This document shows positions 38,814 through 50,739 of a stretch of DNA of 64,000 nucleotides, piece after piece. A program made the translations under genes and the position numbers. Source of the DNA: Antedon mediterranea. Its lineage: Eukaryota; Animalia; Echinodermata. The stretch is from the NCBI RefSeq assembly GCF_964355755.1, contig NC_092673.1:14170948-14234947 (forward strand), written 5' to 3'. The notes under the pieces are model-generated. The model was not told where the DNA came from. It saw only the letters and a list, made by a program, of their open reading frames with translations, and searched no databases. Each line of letters starts with the position of its first letter. Within the stretch, counting starts at the first letter, position 1.

Positions 38814-39165
38814 TCAAACAGCCATTTTACAAATTATGGAAATCAAAGTTCTTCGCAAACCAGCATCAAGCATTCTTTTTGCCCTGGTAGTGGCTTTAGC
38901 AAAAGCCATAGCACTTCTAAAAGGTGATGGCCCGTCTGATGCCAAAGCAGCCTTCTTTGCTCTGAACTTAGCCACGCGTTTTCTATTAGCAACTTTAAGA
39001 GCATCAATCTTCTGCTTCTTCAAAGCTGGTGGCAGAGCTAGAATTTTCTCTTTTCTTTTACTTTTTTATTTCTTTTCGAAATTTCATTTTGTTTGTTTCT
39101 GTATGAGGTGTATTTTCCCTCGGCTTTCAGTTTTTCTAGGTACTTTCTCTGTCGTTCGGCCATTT
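38814..39165 (-). pseudogene. Sola2-like transposase N-terminal fragment
   Basis: MAERQRKYLEKLKAEGKY..NRKRVAKFRAKK..SPFRSAMAFAKATTRAKRML, with an internal stop; catalytic part deleted. Confidence 0.55.
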
Positions 39166-41563
39166 CTAAAGGCAAGATCAAATGTGAATGATATTTTAAA
39201 ATTATTTTTAAATAATAAGCAATTATTTATTTTGTTTTTAAAACTACAATGCTAGACCTGGTGGTGTATGCCTAGTAAATAATAATATATAAATAATAAT
39301 ATATAAATAAATTATTATAGCCTAGGCCTATATGCGGTGTTTTCAAATTATAGAATTTGAAATAATTAACACTAACAATATAAGAAAAAAAAACCTAAAA
39401 ATTGTGATTAAATATAAATGTATACTTATTCTTACCTTCTTATCTTCACAAAAAATTGTACCAAATTTGTTAAATCTCACCAGATTTAGTGTTTTTTATT
39501 TAATGAGCTCTTATAATGATTGATTTTTCAAATGATTTAACTGCAAAAAGGTCGTTGCTAGGGATTGTGCCCTCAACAAACCTAATGCTATAATTATTAT
39601 ACTGTAGTGCCTCCAAATAAGGGCCAAATCACACATTGTATTATGAAATTAATGTATATACTAATTCTGGGACTAATTCATAACTAATGTCACTCGCATT
39701 ACATTGTCCATTTTTGAACGTCACTCGCATTTCACTTTTCAATGTCTCAACAATTTTGTATTTACGGGGATTTTTTATTTTTATTTGTCAAATTTTAATT
39801 GTTCAAAGTAGTATAGCTAAATTATAAGATTTCATTAAAAAAAATTATCATCATGATGGTATAAAAAAAAAATCATTTTTTTTTGTCACTCGCATTACAT
39901 ACCCTAATATATAACAGAATATACACAGCACTCCTATATGTGATATTCAACATTTGTAGTTATATCATATTTTCCATACATCTTAAAATGGATATGAAAC
40001 AATATCAAAATATCAACAAAAATAATTTTGTATGAATGCTTTACATATGAAATAACACCACACCAAAAATTAGGTTTAAATACCTTGTAAAACTTGAGAA
40101 ATAAATAAGTTAAAATTCAGTGTAAAACCATCGAAAGATGGCCGACCAACCATCATGCCATCTTGGATTTTATTAACGTTCTAAACAAACGTACGCGGAA
40201 TCTTCCGATTAATTTAAAACGCCCGCTTTTGCATCCACGGCAGCAGCTGTTTCGTGATTGGTTAAGAATGCCCAACTACAGCCAATGAGCTTCTTTCAAA
40301 GCGGACAGGAAGCGAACGTAAACAACACACGTCATACATCACACACACGATACACACATGTCAAGCCGATTCTAGGCTAGGCCGGCCGACCGAGAGTGTT
40401 TACATTTTCTCCGAAGATGAAAAGTTGGTTTTAAAGCCTCATTTACAGTTTTACCTAATGAAGTTTTTTGCATAAAACCTAATATGATATAAGCCCAATT
40501 GAAGGACAATGGTAGTAGTAGACGGCAAAAGACGAGAGCACCTCTTGAATGGACCTTGAATGATGATGGATTGCCTTGAATATCACGCATCGTGCATTAA
40601 ACTAAAAAGGTGGACAATTTGTACCTGATGAAAAAAAAACCGGGTAAGCTCTACTTTTTTATTCGTGACTCTAAATAATGGCCATCATATAAACTGTAGT
40701 ACAGTATTATTAAATATATGAATTATATTATTTATTTAATTTAACCTTTTGTTTACTAAAAATACTGCTGTTAATTCAAGTTACAAGCTTGACCTATATA
40801 TTATTATTACTCAAACTTTGTTTACTCGACCATTACTGGGCAGTAGCTAGGCCTACCTATGGTACCAGTCGAGTTTTAGGGGCTATACCAATTACCTTTA
40901 TATATATTATATACTTACTATCTTTTATCTTTGCAGATGGAATATTGACTTGTTGTGGCAAGAAATGCAAGGAATTAAAAACTGATTTTACAGCATTGTA
41001 GATTTATGTTGCATTAATAATAATTCTATTTAAACATAGAAGAATCTTAAAATGTGGACCAAGGAGTATTGTTCAGATTTATAAACATTTTAATTATATA
41101 ATAAATAATATTAATAAATGTTTTAGTCAATTTGAAAGAGTAGGGCCTATATAATTTTATATTTATTTAATTTCTTGCTGAATGAAAATAAATGAATTAA
41201 ATGTACACTTGTCTCAATGCTATTTTTTATATTACACACCTAGTCAACCATTTTCAAACATTGGCCTATTTTTGTTCACCATTTATTTATGATGTAGCTG
41301 TCTACCTAGTTGTTGAAATATTGGATCGTTATCAAGCTTGGTTAAAAACAATGGCCAATACTGTATATACTTATATAGGACATTGCAAAAAAATTTCAGA
41401 AATTTGTCTGTCCAGCGTCAGCGTGTGACACACTGACATGACCCTTTGGAAAATCCATAGAGGAGGCATGCGCGTCCTCTGGGACACGTTGGTTTGAGAA
41501 AAAATCGAGTTGAATACAGTGCAGTCGTCCAGTTGGATAGTACAGTATAAGGTTTTCCGAACA

Positions 41564-44500
41564 ATGCCTAATGCGTGCTGTATTGGGGGGTGCAACAGGA
41601 CCCCAACATCCCACCCACATGTATCCTTTCTCCTTTTTCCAAGCCAAGTGGACCAAGTGGAAACTTTCAAAAAATGGGAGGATTTCGTAAAACTAACTAG
41701 AAAAGGATACATCTGGAAGCCGTCTCATAAAATATGCACCGAGCATTTTTGTATAGAAGATAACATAAACCACACCGAAATACAAGAGATGGGAAAGAAG
41801 GGGAAAAAAATAAGATACCGTCTTCGTCCTGGCGCTTTCCCAACATTGAAATCGCCAGTAATAGAAGAGAATAGGGATGATAGCACGAAGCCAAAAAAGA
41901 AGATGCGGACCTGTTATCGGAGGCGAGAGGTCAATAGGGTAGGCATACAGTACTCAAATCACAAAACATTTTGTTTATCATAAATTGCCCAGATAGAATA
42001 TTGGTATTTTACTAAAATACAACTTACGAATAGAAACAATCTCCATTTAGGCCTAGGTCCTAATTTATGAATTGAAATATAATAATTGTGGATAGAAATA
42101 ATCTCCGTGTAGGCCTAAACTTCTTCGTAGATGCATGACGGCTAATTTAAAAATAGCCAAATTTTGAACGCGCGTTACGCACAGTACTTTTTAAATTGCC
42201 GTACGAAATAATGGAATGCGGCATACAGGGTCTAGCATTGTCACTAGACTCTATAACTTATTATACCGTCTTAGGCCTACAATCGTTTTAGATTAGTTCA
42301 ATCTGGTAAATACGCATAGGCCAAAAAAACGCAGAAATTATTCATTTATTTCTTCTTTTTTTTTTCAGATTTTAGCCAGCCGTGGTCCAAGTACATCGTC
42401 GGTAAGTAGGCCTTTTGCACGGATGGCAAACAATGCTGTGCAGGGAAGCGTAACCAACAGAAATAACATAGCACACCACAGTAGTGTATAAAAGCATAAT
42501 AGGCGCCGCAACTGCATCGCGGGAAAAACGGTGGTGACAAACGCTTATGCTTATACACGGGTGTTTTTTTTTTTATGGATTTTAAGCGAACAAAAAAAAA
42601 ATTTCTAATTTTTTTTCAGACATACAGTGATGTTTTAGGCCAATCTTTTAAGAAAATGTTACAGTAACTTTATTTTCTCATACGATCATCCATCCGTTCA
42701 GGGGTTACAATTTTTTAATTAACATGGTGTCTTCACTATTTTTTTTTACGCTTCCCTGCACAGCATTGTTTGTCATCGGTCGAAGATGTCTTCCATTTCG
42801 TGAAAAGGCTTATACAAAAAGTCTATGCCTATCTACCAATTAAAATTAATGCAGGGAGTCGTCATTAGATTAATTTTGATTAAATCCCTATGGAAACTAT
42901 TACTAGTACTGTTTTTTAAATGTAATAATTACTATATTTTTGTACATAGGCACAAGGACAGTATGTGCAGTCTTCAGGTAATGCCAATATTAATACTAAA
43001 CTTTTTTACATTGATGATTCTGTCTTCACTATCAAACTACTATGCTTACATATGATGGTTCTATGACATCATCATGTCCATATATGGGCACATCACATTT
43101 TTTTGTCACATAAAGTTTGACAGTGTAGACAGAGCTTTAGGCCAATTGTTTTTATTGCACACTTATATATCTTAATTTGATGTAAATCAAATACTTGTCA
43201 ATGCTGTTTTTTGACATGACAAATTTACTTACACAATAGATTCAGATGATGAAGGAAGAAATATAAGAGGCACACGTGGCGCATTCAATTTATATTCGGA
43301 ATCCGACAGTGATAGTGACCATGACGATGCAGATGCGGACTACATTGCTCCAGATGACCAAACAGATTATATAGAACCAGCGGATACTGTTAGAGGTCAG
43401 CGAAAATATATCGTTGGTCAAAGAGAATTAATGGCTCTCTTTGACAGGTGTCGGCAGTGTGGAGGGAAAGCAGATAGAAAAATAAAGAGAGAGTGTGGAA
43501 CAGCAGTAGAGATAGAGTCAAAGTGCAGAAATCGAAGTTGCGGCTATCAATTTGAATGGATGAGCCAACCAAAACATGGAAAAATGTTTTTGTTTAACAT
43601 TCTTTTGTCTGCCGCTATTCTTGTGTCAGGTAAGATAAGGTTTATTCTTTTTAATTTTTATGAAGGCTTGAAATAATCTAAAAGTTTACGGTTCAATCAA
43701 CATGGACACTATTTACAGTACATAAATACATTTTTTTATATTTCTAGGTTGCTGTATAACACAGTTTTTAAGAGCTATAAGATTTTTAAACATTGCAGTT
43801 TTTACTGATAGAACATATTTTTACCACCAGAAATGGTAAGTACAGTACAACTATTATTATATTTTTTAAATGGTCTATCGCATTCATTTACTTCTGCTGC
43901 CTCTCGCTTATGGAATGACCTACCCGCCTCAATTCGATCATGTTCTTCTACTATCGCCTTTAAATCTGCCTTAAAAACTCAAATTCAAATTAGCTCTCTC
44001 ATACACCGTGCCTTTAATCACTTACTGCTGGAATTGGCGCTTTACAAATTTGTATTATTATTCACAGCAATAAACGCTCATTGGAGCTCGATGATGTGTT
44101 ATGTTTTTTTTTAGGTATTTGCTGCCAGCTGTGTCCTGTGTTTTCGCAGCGCAGAGAGAACACAATTTCAAGAGCAACATGAATATTTCATGTGATATAA
44201 GCTGCGATAGCCCAGGACATACAGCCAAGTTTGGCACGTATACCACAATTGATGCAGACACCCATAAAGTAATCCACATTGAATTGGTCCAAGTAAGTCG
44301 TCAAGTCAAATTTTCTCCATCTTCATTGTACCATAATACTTTACCTGTACTGTGCTTATAACAATTATTGGTAATAACTTTTTAACTGAATTTGTTTTAC
44401 AGAAAGATGAATGTTCGAATTCACCAGCAATGGAACTGGAGGGGCTGAAAAGAACATTGATGGTTTTAAAAGGTTACGGAGTTACCGTGGAAAGAATTGT

Positions 44501-45410
44501 TTCCGACAGACATAGTAGTGTAGCTGCCTACCTCAAAAATTCCATGCAGAATATAATACACTACTTTGATGTGTGGCATGTTGCTAAAGGCAAGTATTTA
44601 ACTACTTCAATTCATCACCTTTGCTGGACCAGCACTAATATGGTACATGATTATTATTATTAAATTATACACTCAACTGTTCAGTACAGTAGTCCATTTA
44701 ATTGCCAACAATCTTTAAACACAATTTTTTTATTTTTTTAAAAATAAAAAGCGTGTATACTATTTGAAGATGTTTAATATGATCAAACTGCTTAGTTAAA
44801 TAATATAAAAACTGTATTTTCTTAAATTGACATGCAGGTGTAAAAAAACAATGTCTGAAGGGTGGAAAGCTTAAAGACTGTGACCAGATAACAAAATGGA
44901 TCAAATCTATTGTAACTATGATTTATTGGATTGCGTCAACTACACCCGAGACTAAAGATTTGAGTTACGACAAGGAACTAAGAGTCCAAAAATTTAAAAG
45001 CATATACAATCATGTAAGAGGGATACATGAACATGAAACTCCATTGTATCCCAAATGCATGCATGGTGAACTGGAAGAACGGGATTACATTCTCCCAAGT
45101 AAGTATCTCATGTGTATAATTAAGTAGTAACCAATCTCAATAAAGGGAAAAATTGCACACTGACAAACGAACATTTTACAATTTTACAATGTTTACTGTA
45201 ATGTCTAAACACATGATTTGTTATTATCTCGAATACAGGCTCTAAAGCTGAGGAAGTTTTGTCAAAGATTCTGAATTCTTCATATCTTTTAAGATCAGTT
45301 CAACAGTTATCACCTACTATCCAGACATATTCTAACGAATCATTCCATCAAGTTATCAATCACTTCGCTCCAAAAATGCATCCATACCGTTTCAAGGGAA
45401 TGATTGCAAG
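41564..45410 (+). CDS. THAP-domain Kolobok DDE transposase, nine exons, last exon missing
   Basis: Exons 41564-41938, 42369-42401, 42950-42977, 43240-43629, 43748-43835, 44115-44292, 44403-44589, 44838-45098 and 45239-45410 splice in phase into about 570 codons with no stop. THAP C2CH with AFPTL; SQP..NILLSAAILVSG; DxxCDSPGHTAKFG; SDRH; FDVWHVAK; QTYSNESFH..HFAPK. Confidence 0.85.
42405..42815. mobile_element. MITE in intron 2 of the THAP-Kolobok gene
   Basis: GATGGCAAACAATGCTGTGCAGGGAAGCGTAA (about 42422-42453) is inverted at about 42746-42777; outer AGGCCTTTT..CACG / CGTGAAAAGGCTT. Confidence 0.65.
43875..44062 (+). mobile_element. L2-type LINE 3' end in an intron
   Basis: SFTSAASRLWNDLPASIRSCSSTIAFKSALKT followed by GGCGCTTTACAAATTTGTATTATTATT. 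Confidence 0.75.
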
Positions 45411-46589
45411 GTAGTATTATACATCTTCCCAAAACAAGCTAAGTACTATTACTTAGACATGTTACTTTATAAATATTGCTTTGTTGGGAAAATAATAATC
45501 AGTTAACGTAATTACCTATTTTTCACACCTAAAAAAAATATATTCAACATTGAATAAACGTAATTTTTTGGCTGCAAAAAGTCATAAATGAATTGAAAAA
45601 GTTAAAAAACTAGTTCCCACATATTCAAAGAGTAACATAAACACAAATTTTGAGCTGACTAATTAATTTGAATTTTTTTGGTCATGTCCATGTTTGCATG
45701 GAATTGCCCATTAGTAACCATAATAATAATAATAGTACAAATTTGGCATGGCATGGCAAACTTTAGGGCAGAGAAAGAAAGAAAAAATGGATGACAATGG
45801 ATGCTATCACAGTGGTATTGTTTAGTACCAGGATTGAAACGAGGACGTCTTGATTAGAAAGCATGCAGGTTAACCAACCCAGCCTACAACAAAGTATACT
45901 TATAAAAAATCATTCATTTCTATTTTGTTATATTATAGTTACAGGAAGCACTGCTTTGCTGAAAACATTGGCCCTAGTCAACAAAACCAGGCTACCAAGG
46001 CTATTTTGATGATGAGTGAAGAAGAAGTCTGTTTATTGGCAACTCAAACAATAGCCTCTAACATTTTAGTTAGTTGGCGAGTCAAGTAGAGTTGAAATAG
46101 ATAGCAAGATAAAGTATGTTTATTGGCAACTCAGACAAAAGCCTCTAACAATATTAGGTCTATTTTATAAGTCGTTAATGGAAAGTGTCTTAGTTTATGG
46201 TTGTCTGAAATGGTTCAGTAGTTTTAAAAAATCAGACCTAAAAAATGTTCAATGTTAGTAAATAAGGCGTGCCGAATAACTAAACAGATCATTAGATTTG
46301 ATGTTTGTAAAGTCAACATTTATGATACTTGGTCATTGCCATAATGAAATATGAGTCATTTCGAGAACTTGCAGGTAAACAATGTGTATCTAATGCTCTG
46401 TAGCTATGCTTTACTGTAAAATAAAAGATGAAAATGAACTCAAAACTTTTGATCTCGATGAAATATTATTACTTGGCAGTGAATTGTATTACCCTATACA
46501 AAGAGATTCATCAATGAATGAAGAATTGTTAATGGTGTCGGAACTCTATATTTTAAATAACTCATTTGAAATGATTTACCAGTGACGGA

Positions 46590-47095
46590 CTTTATGGCAC
46601 ATTAGAAGGAAGTGATGAGGATGCATTCTTGTATTGAGCAAAGTCATTAGGACAAGCATGGTTCACATCCTTTTCTTCAGCAGATATGAGATGGCCAGAA
46701 GTAATGAAAACGTTGTTGCACAATAGTTGCAAATGCACTCTTCTGAAATCAAATCCTGTTACAGTTGCACGAATGTTTGATAAAAGGTTTCATAAATTTA
46801 CTTTTTCCATGTTGAATATCAAGCCAGAGGTTCACCACATATTCATGGTTGAAAATGTACCTCAATTAGGAATTGACGAAAATGTAAAAGTAACAGAATT
46901 CATGTCTATGTTGTTTCACACATGTCAAAAGCTGAAAAGACTGAAATTAAAGATGGAAACGAAGATGCTAAACAAAGTCTTAGGAAACTTGGTAATGTGT
47001 ACATGTAAAATCGTGAGGTATCTGCACAAGAAAGTGCTTATAACGTTTGTAGATACTTTCCCATTAAAGATGGAATCGCCGTTGACAAAATAAAT
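46590..47095 (+). pseudogene. Helentron Rep fragment, copy 2
   Basis: WFTSFSSADMRWPEV; LLKSNPVTVARMFDKRF; FFHVEYQARGSPHIHG; LRKLGNVYM*NREVSAQESAY. Near-identical to 5365-5515. Confidence 0.85.
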
Positions 47096-47309
47096 AAAAA
47101 ATTGTCATTAGCACCAACTACTTCCTTCTGATTATGATGCGACCAAAACCGATTGACATCATATACTTCATTCACCCATAAGCCATGGCTGCTTCAACAT
47201 CTAAATTTCTAAACTGCTTTCTAATAGATACTTTTCAACTGAGAAATGTGAATTTAGGGACAGGCAAAGGCAGCTGGCAATTTTTTAAAGGGCACATAGC
47301 AATCAAGGA

Positions 47310-48708
47310 TGCTCAATTTGTGCTCCGAAATAACCGGTTAAATCTATGGGTGGTCGTCGAGCAAAACGTCATCATTACCCAAAATGCAATACACTCAGAC
47401 GGAAGTAGTAAGTTGGCTGTTTGTTTACATCGACGTCAGTACACACGTGTGTGATATCGCCATCTTAAACATGTTAACATAATAAAATGTTGTCTCCAGG
47501 TCTACAAGTTTTGTTTTTTGTAAAGCCTACTTACCATCGTTACTAAAATTAATTCTCATGGCGCCTTCAATAACATGGGGAGGGTCGCGCAGCGCCCGAT
47601 CGCCTAGGATAATTTTTATCTAGCCTAATTCCTCAACAAAGTCGATGACACACGGCCCTTCCCACGTGAACGACTGTTGTCTTTCGCGAGCGCGGTCCTA
47701 CAAAACACCAAACGGAAATAAAAACGAGACTCAGATTGTTTAGCCACAAAAACTTAAATAAAACGAGAGTATCCAAGTCATAGAATATCGCACGCACATA
47801 GTGCCTTTAATAAAGTAATGAGTATTGAACATTATTTTGTATATTTATGTACTAACATAAATAATAACACATTTCTATGCTTAATAAAATCATATTTAAT
47901 ATGATTACCTTTGTTTTCGGTCGATGTGATGTTTTTCTAAAAAATTATATTATGTAAAACGATCAAAGTAAGAATGTTCATTGTTATCCTATTAAAGGCA
48001 CTAAGGGCGTGCCATAAATACGCTCGTTTGGATTAAGTTTTTGTTGCTAAATTCATCGTTTATAACATAAATTCGGATGATTTTTGCTATAAAATTTGGG
48101 TTTTCATAATTAATTAACCATTATCTACTATCGTTTGGTAGGTATTTGCAACATTCTGAGTCCCTTTTTTGTTTCCGTTTTGGTGTTTATATAGGACCAT
48201 CCATACCCTTCGCGAGCGTGTACTAACGCCTCAAATTGCTTAGCTTGGGTAGTCCCCGGAACTCCACCCCAAACTCCTCTTTTACTTTCGCAAAAATACT
48301 CTTATTTATTATCTGTGATTCTTTTCTATTGCCTGCCATCCTTCCCCGTACTTTCTCTCCCCCCACAACTGAATAACATATCTTGTGATTTCATTCATCC
48401 ACATACATGTTCACTTCTTCGTTCGACTGTCAAAACCACGAGGAAAACACACATCGTATGCGACGGTATCTGACCCGGGGTCACAACTGTCAATCAAATA
48501 ACCGTTATTTCGTGTTGCAGCTAAGAATTGCTCAGCGATAACCGGTTAAACGGCGTTCTAACACCGATTTAAATTGGTGTTTTTAACCGGTTACCACAAA
48601 TTTGTCCTGTTTCTGCTGCCAAGAAAATGGAGTTAATTTATTCACACCGATTTTAATTTATTCACACCGATTTTAACCGGTTATTTTCTATGCAGCAGAA
48701 ACAGGCCC
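47310..48708. mobile_element. Harbinger-like MITE remnant with a nested MITE (about 47694-48198), inserted in an OB-like exon
   Basis: Right end TGCAGCAGAAACAGGCCC; the flanks join to match 50890-50930 (GHIAIK..YECFVND). Inner IR GGTCCTA..AAACACCAAACGGAAA..GACTCAGA and its reverse complement. Confidence 0.6.
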
Positions 48709-48959
48709 TATATGAATGTTATGTTAATGACATTAACAGAATGCTGATTGCAGGGAAAATACAGGCCATGCCAATAGACAGATACTCGGTTCACCGAGAA
48801 TGATGGGATTTAGCTTCGAAATTTTCGCATTCGCAATATGCATTGGTGAAGATGGCTTAACTATGTCAAGATAACATTAGGAATTTGGATTTATAGAACC
48901 ACTATTGTGATCTAAACTAACTTGTAATTGATTTTATCTACCAATGTATTGATGAATTC

Positions 48960-49232
48960 AGAGGAGGAAAGAGGATGGCGGATGGGAAAGGAGGGTTTGG
49001 GAATGTACTGAAGAAGCTGCACACAATTATAGGAAATCAAAAAGAGCAATTTGCTTTGCTGCGCCAGCAAGCTACTCAGCATACTCAGATTTACTCCCCC
49101 CACAGGATAGAAACTAATGATAAGCTCATTGAATTGGAGGACAAATTGAAAGATGATGATTTCAGAAAGAATACAAGAAATAGAGAAGTATATATTATTA
49201 TTGATTATGGGCAGTTTGCACGTTCAGATTGA
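48960..49232 (+). pseudogene. DUF4806-like TE accessory protein fragment
   Basis: IETNDKLIELEDKLKDDDFRK after a short coiled coil; weak motif only. Confidence 0.3.
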
Positions 49233-50739
49233 ACATTATAAACCCACAGGATTTAGTTTTTATAGATAATGGTTTGACCACACAAGAAGGCAGCCAAGAT
49301 TTTATAATTTAGGAAGTTTTTCCTATATTATATTTTACTTTTAAAAGTAATTGTTGCCAAATGGCAAAGTTACTTGTTTTTTATCACATGATTATAAACT
49401 ATTATTATTCTTGTCTTTACTCATACAAAATAATAAAAAGGTCGCCAATTGGAAGTGTCTTAAACTAAAGTGATCTTTAATGGGAAGAGGACCAATACAA
49501 TTACTTGTTTTTTTATCAAAATGATGACAGAGGGTTTGACAGACACCAAAGATAAAGACAAGTAGATTCAGGAATTGAATACTGCAACACTATCAACACT
49601 TCGAAGCCAACTGATGTTTTAGCTTCCAAAGGAGTTTAATTGTTTAAAAAAAAAATAAAAAAATTCTAAACTATTATTACAGTACTACAGTGCTTGTATA
49701 ATGTGGGAAATAGGGTGTATATTATATAGGACTTTCAGTAAACCCATTTGCCAAAACAAAAATGTTCTAACTTCAAATTATATGCTTTAATTTTATTCCA
49801 TCTTTTTTATCTTTTTTAAATTTAACACAACCATTTATCATATTCTACTTGCAGGCATCCCTCTATATTCATCTTTCGGTGTTTTTATTTGCCGCAACAA
49901 CTAGTACACAAAAGAATGTCGAATAGTAGCGGGGAACTCACACTTGACATTGTCCTCCTGTTGTTTTATGCCAAAAATAAACATAATCGCGTTACAGAAT
50001 CGTTTCTTTGTTACATTTGCAATTTCAAGGTTTTAAATGAGCGACTACAGTGAGTGTTTCCAAGCTGTTTCACTGTTATATAGGTAGGGTTGACCAGCAA
50101 ACCAATGAAGAAGTAACATAAAATTTCAGAAATATATGTGCATGGTCTTTAGTTGGGAGCTTACCACTTTATCAATCTTTTTGGTTCCAGCAATTCTATC
50201 TATTTTAAATTTCTTCATGATTCCTGACAATGTGATCTGCGCAGCTGTAGATTCCTTTGGTGGTTTTTTCTTTGCAGAAGTTACTTCCTTTGACAGAGTT
50301 CACTATAAATTACATCAAGTGTCGTTTTTTTGTGCTATTCGTTTTCCTTGTCGCAGTGGCTGTAACTTTGCAGAGGCAGTAAAATTCTGTTGACCTTGGT
50401 CACCATGCTAAGAAGTCAAAATGAAGTCCTGTGTTGGGCACAGATTGGTATTACAGGGTACTTAACGAGAGTGGGGACTGTGTGTGGGTGGTAGAAAGCA
50501 CCTTGCGTATCCAATTAAAGGATAAAGGATACCTCAAAGAATTAATTGAGAAAGTAACCCATCTAGGATGTTATTGTTTCGTAAAATTTGTCAGAAATTG
50601 TGGGAAGGTAGATCACTTACCATGAGGGGCTTGATATTGTTATTGTTATTTTATCAAGCAATTGCTAATTGGGTAATTTCATTTAACCATTATGAAATGC
50701 ACATTCTTTCAAACCAAGAACCATTGAATGTAGTGTTCA

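Larger units (their letters stand above)
38154..45709. mobile_element. Sola2-like DNA transposon (non-autonomous, with nested content)
   Basis: 13-bp TIR GGGCAATTCCATG / CATGGAATTGCCC; ATTA duplicated at 38150-38153 and 45710-45713; internal repeats GTCACTCGCATTAC; basic N-terminal transposase fragment on the minus strand. Confidence 0.8.

Noticed and set aside
40250-40340. CCAAT-box promoter-like segment upstream of the THAP gene
   Set aside because: Short motifs occur by chance and lie about 1.2 kb from the ATG; no transcript evidence.
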